Source: Patescibacteria group bacterium
Lineage (GTDB): Bacteria; Patescibacteriota; WWE3; UBA101185; UBA10185
Direction of reading: 5' to 3'
DNA: 64,000 bases
Assembly (NCBI GenBank): GCA_026004595.1
Contig: BPJL01000007.1
Span: 12,460 to 76,459 of the forward strand
The translations under genes and the position numbers were made by a program. The notes under the pieces are model-generated. The model saw only the letters and a program-made list of their open reading frames with translations, was not told the DNA's origin and ran no database searches. This document shows positions 11,299 through 19,517 of this stretch, piece by piece. Every line of letters begins with the position of its first letter. Within the stretch, counting starts at the first letter, position 1.

Positions 11299-12441
11299 TC
11301 AGATATACATGTTGTTTATCTCCTTCACCTCATTGATTCCACTTAGTTTCTTATACCTTTCAAAGGCTGTTTTAAGTATCTCATCGTCTATCACCAGTTT
11401 AGGTGGTTTATTTTGATTTTTAAAATTCTTAAAGACGTTACCCGAGTAAACCTGCTTTGCGTGAAAAGAGAGTCTAAGTGTGTCGCCTCCATAGTGTGGA
11501 AAGTACTTCTCATTTCCCTTGAAAAACTTTTCCAAGTCAACCGTTGTAGTCCAGCCAGACTTTTCCAACTGAGTCTGAAACACTTTTGCTAATCCCCTAT
11601 AACTGTAACCCGGTATTTCAAAAAGAAAGGTACACCTTCTTTTTAGCCCTGGCTGTGCTTTGAAAATGGTGTTTTCTATCATGTCTTTATAACCAGTGAA
11701 GTAAACTATTATGTCGTTGGGGTTTTCGTCCATAAAACGGTTTAACTCAGTCAAAGCCTCTAAACCAAACTGGTCTCTTTCACCCGTGTAAAGGGAGTAG
11801 GCCTCTTCTATTATTATCATCTTTCCCTTATTGCTGTTTAGAAAGTTACGACACTTGATTGAAGTTTGGCCGGCGTATTCAGCAACGAGTTCGGGTCTAC
11901 CGCAAATCACGATGTATGACTCGTCCTTGTCTTCATGTAAACCCTTTGGTATCTGATCAACGTTGGTGATATCAAGTACCTCATCATCCACGTCGTTTAT
12001 CATCTTCATTGCTATCTCCTGTATTTCGTCTAGAAGTCTATTCTCATAGGTCTCCTTCAGTTTTTCTACCCGAATCAGAATCTCAGAAAGACTCATTGAT
12101 CTATCATACGTGTCCATTTTAACACTCTTTTGAACACCGATGCTGTTAAATATTTTAGCTATTATTTTTGCTACTGAAGTCTTACCTACGCCAGGCGGAC
12201 CGTAAATTACCCCGTGTAACATTTGACCTTCGAACTTTCCATTGTTTTTGTAAGCAAGAACAAGCATCATCTGAATCTGTCTCACTATTGCATTTTTTAT
12301 ATCATCCATCTCTACCATGTCCTTCAGTTCATGGAGAGCATTTATCAGTCCGGCCATGTCTTTTATTATTTCTACTAAACAAAAGTTTAATTTATTCATC
12401 TCGTTAAGAGACTTGATGAGTTCTTCGAGCTCATTCTCCAT
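11299..12441 (-). CDS. AAA+ ATPase, CbxX/CfxQ/SpoVK-like
   Basis: Walker A YGPPGVGKT; ELVAEYAGQTSIK; Walker B IIIEEAYSL; D.FGLEAL; FTGY; PGLKRR. Confidence 0.85.
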   Translation of the reverse strand: MENELEELIKSLNEMNKLNFCLVEIIKDMAGLINALHELKDMVEMDDIKNAIVRQIQMMLVLAYKNNGKFEGQMLHGVIYGPPGVGKTSVAKIIAKIFNSIGVQKSVKMDTYDRSMSLSEILIRVEKLKETYENRLLDEIQEIAMKMINDVDDEVLDITNVDQIPKGLHEDKDESYIVICGRPELVAEYAGQTSIKCRNFLNSNKGKMIIIEEAYSLYTGERDQFGLEALTELNRFMDENPNDIIVYFTGYKDMIENTIFKAQPGLKRRCTFLFEIPGYSYRGLAKVFQTQLEKSGWTTTVDLEKFFKGNEKYFPHYGGDTLRLSFHAKQVYSGNVFKNFKNQNKPPKLVIDDEILKTAFERYKKLSGINEVKEINNMYI

Positions 12442-12450
12442 TTTAATTGG

Positions 12451-13281
12451 TTATAAAAAAGTTCTATCAAGTATTCCCTCGTCAAACACAGTAGAAAAGA
12501 GTATGTCCATTAAGAACCTTGTTTTGCTGTCGATGATGTTGTCTTTCACTATACAGTCCATAGAACAGTAACAGCCAACCCAAGATCCCTCTACCAAAGG
12601 AAGCCTTAAAGCGTGACTTATGTCTCTTATGTCACTTTTGCAGTAATCACACTTACCAGTAAACCATTCTCCTTCTTCTCTACAGTTACAGGTTAGCATA
12701 CGACAGCCACCAGGTGCTATGCTACCCTCACAACTTCTTCTACCGTTTACCGGTCCAAAAAGCCTATCAGGGTTATATGGACAGTCACTCACCATAAGAA
12801 TGTTATCTAACACAGACATCACTTCGTCCGTTATGTCTTCGTTGTTGGAAGTAAACTTTAGAGGAGGCCTTTCTTCTTTAAGCACCACGTCTTTCCAGGT
12901 AGACTTTTCCAAAAGCTCTTTCGTTTCGTCTGACTTTTTGCTGACCCAGCTGGGGTAGTCCGCGTAGTTCTTTTCCTCTCTTAGCAACCAGTGCCTGATG
13001 GGTGATTTCTCGTCTAACAGTGAAACAATATAGTTTTTTTCTATGTCACCCAGCGTTTCTTCTTTTAAGCATTTTTTTATAGCAAGCGGTATAAGAAACT
13101 CTTTACCGGTTCTTATCAGGTGCTCAAGAACGTCCACTAACTCTACGTCAGAGGGCAGCTCTTCATCGTAAAGGTAGTGTGTGATTAGCTCAGAGTAAAC
13201 CGGTACCTTACCGTACCTTTTTATCAGCTCATCAAGTGAGGGTGTATTACTTCTTAAATAAGAATCAACTTCTTGTTCCAT
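12451..13281 (-). CDS. protein with a Cys-rich C-terminal domain (probable Zn binding)
   Basis: GGCRMLTCNC..WFTGKCDYC..ALRLPL..GSWVGCYCS..C. ATG 13281 (AAAATG) preferred over TTG 13311. Confidence 0.75.
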   Translation of the reverse strand: MEQEVDSYLRSNTPSLDELIKRYGKVPVYSELITHYLYDEELPSDVELVDVLEHLIRTGKEFLIPLAIKKCLKEETLGDIEKNYIVSLLDEKSPIRHWLLREEKNYADYPSWVSKKSDETKELLEKSTWKDVVLKEERPPLKFTSNNEDITDEVMSVLDNILMVSDCPYNPDRLFGPVNGRRSCEGSIAPGGCRMLTCNCREEGEWFTGKCDYCKSDIRDISHALRLPLVEGSWVGCYCSMDCIVKDNIIDSKTRFLMDILFSTVFDEGILDRTFL

Positions 13282-13307
13282 TTTATATTTCTGTGTATAT
13301 AAATCAC

Positions 13308-13442
13308 TCAATATTTATACGTTGTAACATTACCCAGCCTTGATACTACCATTCCAAACCCATAGGTAAAGAAAAGATACATCAAGAATGTGATAAAAAG
13401 AGATACCATATATAAAGGATAGCTAAACTCTGTTCCCCTCAT
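13308..13442 (-). CDS. 44-aa single-pass membrane microprotein
   Basis: Manually read MRGTEFSYPLYMVSLFITFLMYLFFTYGFGMVVSRLGNVTTYKY*; TAAAATG start; fills the intergenic gap. Confidence 0.55.
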   Translation of the reverse strand: MRGTEFSYPLYMVSLFITFLMYLFFTYGFGMVVSRLGNVTTYKY

Positions 13443-13461
13443 TTTATTATAGTCAGATAAA

Positions 13462-14883
13462 ATGATAGTCTACAAACATTTAGAAAACTTTTGGCCATAT
13501 AATGACAAGCCACCGTTTGATCACAGACTTGATAACGAAACGTTGGTTGTAATCGATGCTGAACCGGGGGAGTATACTACTGATCAGGGAAACGTTGTTA
13601 CTCTGTATGACTATCGTAAGGTCCCAGTCTCTGACACAAATAAACTGGGTAGACACAAAAACGAGTTTACCTGCGTTGACGTGGTGTTTTCTACAACAGA
13701 AACCGACGAGAGGGGCTTTTGGAACAACTGGAGGTACGACCTAAGGGAGTCCACTTTAGCTGAACTTGTTATGAGTCTTGTTGAAGGGCTAGAGAACGAG
13801 TATGAAGTTGTAAGAAAGCTTGTTGTAAAAGTAAACGAGATTCTCGAGGGCTGTTGGGACTGTGAAAAGTTTAACGAAAATACGAGCCCGCTTAGATGGA
13901 AAAGGACAAGAGAGATAACAAGAGAGTACCATGTCAACCGTTCTCCAGTGAAGTACGGTCAGTGTTGGGTTTTCTCTGAACTGCTTACGTCAATGTTTAG
14001 GTTTCTTGGAATAAAGTCCAGAACCGTTTTCATAAAGAACGCGAGAATTGACAGAGGGGAGAACTCTGGAATTGACATAGAACTTGTTACAACCAAGGGA
14101 GATGATTTTATTGAACTTGACTTTAAACCCAGTTTTTCATCTGTTCCCTGTAACGATAACTTCTCAGCAAAAGTCAACAGAACATTCTATCACCATGGCT
14201 ATAAAGAGATGATAGACACGTGGGACTACATAGTAAGAGGCGACACTAAGTGGAATTATCACCTCTGGAACGAAGTCTTTTTGGATCAAGAGTGGTGCTG
14301 TCTAGATGGTTCTCCTACTAGAAGAACGAAAATAGAAGACAAGTACTATGATCACTTTGGCTCTGGACCGGTTCACGTTTCCTGTATTAAGTTTGGGGAG
14401 GTTTGTAACGGAGACTTTGACTACTTTAACTCAACAGTAAATTCAGTCTTTAGGTACTGGAGAACAGAGGTGATTGATAACAGACCGTTCGTTATACCGT
14501 TTAAGATAGTCTACTCCTCTGATCACCAGCACCCAATAAAAATTTTAACAAACTCTACTGGAGTTTTTGGAAAAATCGTTATTGACAGGAATTACAAACC
14601 AGAAGATGCTAAAGAGCATCACCTTAAGAACCATCCAGTTTTGATTGAAAGGGTGGGAAAAAAGATCAAGCTGTTAATAAGGAAAAAACTGGAAGGTGAT
14701 TTTTATTTCCAGTTTTGTCAGTTAAGACATAACTTTGATGAGTATCAGGTTGTTTCATTAAACGTAAAAAGACTAAATAGAACAATGGACTATAAACTAC
14801 CTAAGATACGCTCAGACGTTAACCTTTTGTCGTTGCTTATGATAGACCTTAACACACGTAAATGGTGGGCATCAGTCTGCTAA
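13462..14883 (+). CDS. eukaryote-type transglutaminase (protein-glutamine gamma-glutamyltransferase core)
   Basis: PVKYGQCWVFS (catalytic Cys), WNYHLWNEVF (His), WCCLDGSP (Asp), GPVHVSCIKFGEV, all collinear with TG2/Factor XIIIa core motifs. Confidence 0.88.
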   Translation: MIVYKHLENFWPYNDKPPFDHRLDNETLVVIDAEPGEYTTDQGNVVTLYDYRKVPVSDTNKLGRHKNEFTCVDVVFSTTETDERGFWNNWRYDLRESTLAELVMSLVEGLENEYEVVRKLVVKVNEILEGCWDCEKFNENTSPLRWKRTREITREYHVNRSPVKYGQCWVFSELLTSMFRFLGIKSRTVFIKNARIDRGENSGIDIELVTTKGDDFIELDFKPSFSSVPCNDNFSAKVNRTFYHHGYKEMIDTWDYIVRGDTKWNYHLWNEVFLDQEWCCLDGSPTRRTKIEDKYYDHFGSGPVHVSCIKFGEVCNGDFDYFNSTVNSVFRYWRTEVIDNRPFVIPFKIVYSSDHQHPIKILTNSTGVFGKIVIDRNYKPEDAKEHHLKNHPVLIERVGKKIKLLIRKKLEGDFYFQFCQLRHNFDEYQVVSLNVKRLNRTMDYKLPKIRSDVNLLSLLMIDLNTRKWWASVC

Positions 14884-15389
14884 ACAAACACATATGAGAT
14901 ACCGCTTTTTATTTCTTCAAAGTACTTTCTGGGATAGTAAACCTTCTCAATAATTCTAAGTGCCTCTTTCTTGATTTCATTGCCTATTCTACTTCTTGTT
15001 GTCATAAAAAAGACGCCAGAGATGGTAACCTGCTCGTTTGTATCAGGGTTTTTAGCACTGACATTAAACTCTATTTTCGCTCTGTAGCGTGGCTCAAACT
15101 GTCTTCTCGGGCGTGTAAACCGGCGCACGCTTCCCCGCCTCCGGTCGTCAGTGTGATAAAAGAACCTACAGTGATCCTCGTTGTCTATATCACGGCACGC
15201 GTTTCCAAAACGACACCTTTTCTTGTAGTCACAGATAAACCTTTTCCTGTGCTCTGGATCATCGCGCTTGTTGCACCTGTAGTGATGAACACAGTACTTT
15301 CTCCTAGTGTCTAGATCGCTCAGCGGCACTGACCTTTCACTGGCGGGGCTACTTCTTCTTGGACTTGAACTACTCTCTGTATCTGACAT
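14880..15389 (-). CDS. protein with tandem PBZ-type (poly(ADP-ribose)-binding) zinc fingers
   Basis: KKRCRFGNACRDIDNEDHCRFFYH fits the PBZ ligand spacing KxxCxFGxxCx7HxxxFxH; preceded by the variant RKYCVHHYRCNKRDDPEHRKRFIC. Confidence 0.65.
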   Translation of the reverse strand: MSDTESSSSPRRSSPASERSVPLSDLDTRRKYCVHHYRCNKRDDPEHRKRFICDYKKRCRFGNACRDIDNEDHCRFFYHTDDRRRGSVRRFTRPRRQFEPRYRAKIEFNVSAKNPDTNEQVTISGVFFMTTRSRIGNEIKKEALRIIEKVYYPRKYFEEIKSGISYVFV

Positions 15390-15395
15390 TTTTGT

Positions 15396-15932
15396 TTAGG
15401 TTTTATCAAACAGTTTCATTTTTATACCAGTTGTTAAACCTTTTATCTCGAAAGTACCGGGTCCGTCTATAACACTGAAATCATTGAAGCACTCATCCAG
15501 CTTTGTCCAGTCTTTAGTGTTAAAGATAATCACTCTCTCCTTGTCACCCAGAACAACTTTTTCGTTCAGTTCGTGTAGTTTAAGGTAATTACTTCTCTTT
15601 ATACCAGAAACAATAAAGTATCTTGCTTCTGGTTGTGCATCACTGTTGATGACTAGTCTGTAAGTTCCAGTCTTACCAGGTGAAATGTAAATTGTGTTCC
15701 AGGTGGACAGCCTTAAGTTGCTAACGTAAAACCTGTCAACAAGTACTTCCCTGTTATCACTGGTAACCTCAAACAGCTCCACGTACCAGAAACAGAAGTT
15801 AACGTTAAATTTCAGGTCTAACCTAATTGACTCGTGATACTTAAGATAAAACAGGTCACCGGTAGAGTCTTTTTTACAAAAGAGTATCAGGATTATAACT
15901 AATAATAAAAATACAACAAAATAGATTAACAT
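15396..15932 (-). CDS. N-terminally membrane-anchored hypothetical protein
   Basis: Hydrophobic N-terminus MLIYFVVFLLLVIILILFC followed by KK. Confidence 0.75.
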   Translation of the reverse strand: MLIYFVVFLLLVIILILFCKKDSTGDLFYLKYHESIRLDLKFNVNFCFWYVELFEVTSDNREVLVDRFYVSNLRLSTWNTIYISPGKTGTYRLVINSDAQPEARYFIVSGIKRSNYLKLHELNEKVVLGDKERVIIFNTKDWTKLDECFNDFSVIDGPGTFEIKGLTTGIKMKLFDKT

Positions 15933-15939
15933 CTTTTAA

Positions 15940-16812
15940 ATGAGGACATCAAATATTGTTCTTGTGGCAAGCATTGAAAACCAGACGGGAAACCTTATTG
16001 ACCTTTTTGACACCATGGCTATTCACAAAGTAAACTTTGTTGTTGGCTCTAAAACAAAGAATAGAGAACCGGTCCCCTTCTTTGGAATAAACAACGTGAT
16101 AGTCGGTATCTGTCTTAACGGAAAAAACAGAGGCATTAGTCGTAACAAAAGACAGCTGCCTAACCTACTACAGCTTGACTACCAAGTCTTTGACAGAAAC
16201 GTTAGTGTTAAAATGGGTGAAAGGATGATTCATCTCACTGGGCTAAAGAACAAGGATCAGGGTGTGAAGGTTATGGAATCATTGTTTGAGCATGTTGCAA
16301 TGACTAAGAACAATGTTGAACTGGTAGTCAACTGGGACGAAGAAACCAAAAGAAATGCTCTGGAGCAGCTGAAAGAGCTGTTTTACAACAAAGAGGCCAT
16401 ACACAACCTTGACAGCCGCGGGTTAAAGTATCTAGCCGTGTTCTCCTATGAGTATGATAACGTAGAAGAATACCTTGAGAAAGTAAAATCCATTTTGTAT
16501 AATAGAAGAGAGATAAGCATTCCAAGAGTAAAAGATATAAACATATGCAATGGAGTCTATATCTCCTCTTTCAACTGCTCTATCCCATTGTTAAAAACAG
16601 CACAGATGTTATCAAAGCTCAACAAATATGAAGTTCTGTTTCATAACTGGAACTCAAAAAGAAACATCTGCATTGCTATCAACAGGCTTGGTAAAACGCA
16701 CAAGTTCACGATACACAGAAACGGCTCGGTAAAGCAGTACTCTCCTTCTGACTTTGACGAAGCAGAGAAGGTGCTTGATGAGGTAACCAGAGACATACTA
16801 ACAGTTATATAG
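15940..16812 (+). CDS. divergent TATA-binding-protein-like transcription factor
   Basis: Two-half architecture: SNIVLVAS..NVSVKM..IHLTGLK and INICNGVY..HKFTIHRNGSVKQ, resembling TBP repeats of NCLDV TBP-like proteins. Confidence 0.5.
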   Translation: MRTSNIVLVASIENQTGNLIDLFDTMAIHKVNFVVGSKTKNREPVPFFGINNVIVGICLNGKNRGISRNKRQLPNLLQLDYQVFDRNVSVKMGERMIHLTGLKNKDQGVKVMESLFEHVAMTKNNVELVVNWDEETKRNALEQLKELFYNKEAIHNLDSRGLKYLAVFSYEYDNVEEYLEKVKSILYNRREISIPRVKDINICNGVYISSFNCSIPLLKTAQMLSKLNKYEVLFHNWNSKRNICIAINRLGKTHKFTIHRNGSVKQYSPSDFDEAEKVLDEVTRDILTVI

Positions 16813-17505
16813 TTTGATCAACACGTCACTCCCGTAAACCTTTACCATCCCTTCAGTGAAAACCCTTCTTACTTCCCCAAAAATGTAGGCGTACCTACCT
16901 GTTTCCAGATTGTTTACTATCTCTTCACCGTCGTACATCATCTTCTCTTCTTTGTAACTGGTTGACAGTATCAGATTGTTATTGTAAACTCTTACTATTT
17001 TAGCAGTTTTGTTTTGTGGTACTAATTCACCGTCCCTGTTAAGTTTGAAAAGCTTATCATCCATTGTTGTTATGTACAGTTCACCGTTAAGCACGTCAGA
17101 GTACCTTATCTTCTCAGGTGATTTTATTGTTTCCTTTAACTTAGTGAAGTCTTTATCCCACACTTCAACTGTGTCTTTTCCAAGCAGTGATATGTATAAC
17201 AGGTCGTTGTAATATGAGACCGATGTTACCTTCTTCTCAATCCTTTTACCAAAGACACTAAAGGAACAGTAAACCTGTTTAAACGCATCAACGACGCAAA
17301 TGCCGTCTTCACAGTGAGTACCCGGTCTGCACTCTTCATTAGAAGTACAGGAACCAAACCTTGGTGCATAGCAGTTTCCATGAAAGCACACCTTATCTTT
17401 AGGACAATCTGAGTTAAAGCTACATCCACTGTGATGAAAAAACAGTACAGCAAAAACGGTTATAACGATAATGATTATAATGATAATTAGAAAAACGATA
17501 TACAT
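16798..17505 (-). CDS. membrane-anchored protein with two small Cys-rich modules
   Basis: N-terminal TM; CSFNSDCPKDKVCFHGNC and CTSNEECRPGTHCEDGIC repeats; beta-rich C-terminus. Confidence 0.75.
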   Translation of the reverse strand: MYIVFLIIIIIIIVITVFAVLFFHHSGCSFNSDCPKDKVCFHGNCYAPRFGSCTSNEECRPGTHCEDGICVVDAFKQVYCSFSVFGKRIEKKVTSVSYYNDLLYISLLGKDTVEVWDKDFTKLKETIKSPEKIRYSDVLNGELYITTMDDKLFKLNRDGELVPQNKTAKIVRVYNNNLILSTSYKEEKMMYDGEEIVNNLETGRYAYIFGEVRRVFTEGMVKVYGSDVLIKLYNC

Positions 17506-17513
17506 TTTAAATG
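17503..17513. promoter_or_regulatory. back-to-back initiator-like element CATTTTAAATG
   Basis: Divergent ATGs are 5 bp apart; reads TAAATG on + and TAAAATG on -. The same contexts precede many genes in the window. Confidence 0.45.
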
Positions 17514-18032
17514 AAGCAGATATTAAAGCTTATCGAAGTTAGAGGCTTTACTCTGGACATGGAAACAGCAAGAGAAATCGCAAAAAAACATGAGATAGAA
17601 GAGGAAAGACTCTTTTTTGCTAGAAAGGACAAAACTGGTCTAGTTGTTTTTATTGCGCGTGATGACGAAAAAAAGATATACGCAATAGCTCTAGACCAGT
17701 TAGATGATGTTAGATACATATGTGTTACTGAAGACCAGGTAAGACAGTCAGTGATAAGACATCCAAAACTTGACACAATTGACATAACTTTCTTTACAAA
17801 AGAGGAGCTTCTTTTTAATCCGTTAGAGCACGTCTACAACGGACTTAATGCCAGTATAGTAAAGCTTGATAACATTGACGTAACTAAGTTTCCAAGGATA
17901 TCACGCAATGATCCAACGGCAAAGTACCTCGGAGCTAAACCGGGTGAGGTTATTCGTTTTGAAGTCACTTCTCCTATCCCCGGTACACTTCTTGACAAAG
18001 AGATAACGTTTAGGTACGTTGTTGATTCATAA
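17511..18032 (+). CDS. rpb5: DNA-directed RNA polymerase subunit RPB5
   Basis: FTKEELLFNPLEH..FPRISRNDPTAKYLGAKPGEVIRF..FRYV. Confidence 0.9.
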   Translation: MKQILKLIEVRGFTLDMETAREIAKKHEIEEERLFFARKDKTGLVVFIARDDEKKIYAIALDQLDDVRYICVTEDQVRQSVIRHPKLDTIDITFFTKEELLFNPLEHVYNGLNASIVKLDNIDVTKFPRISRNDPTAKYLGAKPGEVIRFEVTSPIPGTLLDKEITFRYVVDS

Positions 18033-19491
18033 AGTCTTCTTTCACCGTCTGAAAGTCATATGGCACATAGTTTTTAATGTAACTCTCAACAAGTTTCGTT
18101 ATTCCTGGAATGTTCAACTTTTCCTGACAGTAAATTGCCAGCATAACCCTAGTCGCGTTTGGCTTTCTGTAATTGACTTCCCGCACCGAAAGTTCACCTC
18201 TGAGAAGTTTATCATACTTTCCCTTTCCTATGACGTAGTGCCCAGTGAGTATAAGGGTGAGTCCTATCAAAAAGTCCTGTGGCAGTTCTTCGTCAAACAC
18301 TGTCTTGTAGAACTCAGAGAGCGTTGGCTTTTTTCCTCTACCGCGAGCACGACCATACCTGTCAATATCTCTCTTGTTATAGATAATTTTTACCTGTTTC
18401 TCTGGTTCAAAGTCAATCGCCTTTTCAACGTTGTTTAAGTACCTGCCGTAACGGCGTACCAGGTACCTTTTCCTTTTGTCATCATGCTCTGGTATGATTT
18501 CCGTTGAGTCTTCGACGAAGATTCTAAACCCGAGTTCCGAGTACTTCTTAATCCTCCTGTTGATAAACTTGTTTCCTTCTATCAGTGATTTTAAGTACTC
18601 CTTTCTCAAGTAAGAGATACGATTAAGCGTTTCGACTGGTTTTGACGCCCCAAGGTTCCACCCGTTGAACCAAACCTCACAACAGGTAAGGTCAAAGTTG
18701 TTAACGACTTCTAGGGGAGACTTTTCAACCAACATAATATCAATGTCAATGTCCTTTAGTAGAGCCCTGGCAATAATACCATTTTTTCTGAAGAATGATA
18801 TCCCATAAGACCTAACTGAGAAGTCTTTTACTGTTATCTCACCGAAGATCTTCTCGAGTTCCTCTCGCTTTGAAACGTGAACATAAAGATCAACATCGCC
18901 GAAGCCCTTTCTCAATATTTCAGCTTCATGTTTTCTTATTTTAACGGTTGGACTCTGAACGGCTTCTCCCTTGATTTCCAGTTCTGGAGGCTTAACACCT
19001 GACTCGGCGAAAAGTCTTAGCATGTAACCACCGGCTATTAGGGCATCGTTGTTCTCTTCGTTACCGTTGAGACGCTTGAGCACGTCCGTTAAAAACCTAA
19101 ACCTTTCCCCGTCGGCCTTTCGTAAACATTCATCCAGAAACTCAACTGATTTGTACTCTCTACCATAGCTAAGAACCATTTCAACTAAAAACCTGTACTT
19201 TGACATGGTTAACACGTGCTTTTCCCACGGTTTATCATCAAAGTTTACTAGGATGTCAAGATACTGCTTCCATGCTCTTCTGCAGTAGTATGTGTCACGA
19301 ATTTCTCTTTCCTCCTTTACTTTATAAATGAACTCATTCAGTGTTATTTCACATGAAAACAGCTTATCCTCTAGCTTTTTAAGCTCCATTTCAAAGAGCT
19401 TCCAGAACTCGTACTTGTCAAAGTCTTCAGTGTATTTTTTAAAAAGTACTCTTTTAACCCTTTCAACAATGTTTTTATTTTTGTCTGCCAT
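18010..19491 (-). CDS. Pol-beta-superfamily nucleotidyltransferase-like protein
   Basis: LIAGGY..GDVDLYV (GG/DxD), IDIDIM, NFDLTCC and RIKKYSELGF resemble class II NTase-like proteins common in giant viruses. Confidence 0.6.
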   Translation of the reverse strand: MADKNKNIVERVKRVLFKKYTEDFDKYEFWKLFEMELKKLEDKLFSCEITLNEFIYKVKEEREIRDTYYCRRAWKQYLDILVNFDDKPWEKHVLTMSKYRFLVEMVLSYGREYKSVEFLDECLRKADGERFRFLTDVLKRLNGNEENNDALIAGGYMLRLFAESGVKPPELEIKGEAVQSPTVKIRKHEAEILRKGFGDVDLYVHVSKREELEKIFGEITVKDFSVRSYGISFFRKNGIIARALLKDIDIDIMLVEKSPLEVVNNFDLTCCEVWFNGWNLGASKPVETLNRISYLRKEYLKSLIEGNKFINRRIKKYSELGFRIFVEDSTEIIPEHDDKRKRYLVRRYGRYLNNVEKAIDFEPEKQVKIIYNKRDIDRYGRARGRGKKPTLSEFYKTVFDEELPQDFLIGLTLILTGHYVIGKGKYDKLLRGELSVREVNYRKPNATRVMLAIYCQEKLNIPGITKLVESYIKNYVPYDFQTVKEDFMNQQRT

Positions 19492-19517
19492 TTTGTATGG
19501 TTGTATAATTTTTTACT

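Noticed and set aside
10828-11346. 172-aa plus-strand ORF
   Set aside because: Ser/Phe/Leu-rich antisense shadow of a Lys/Glu-rich minus-strand gene.
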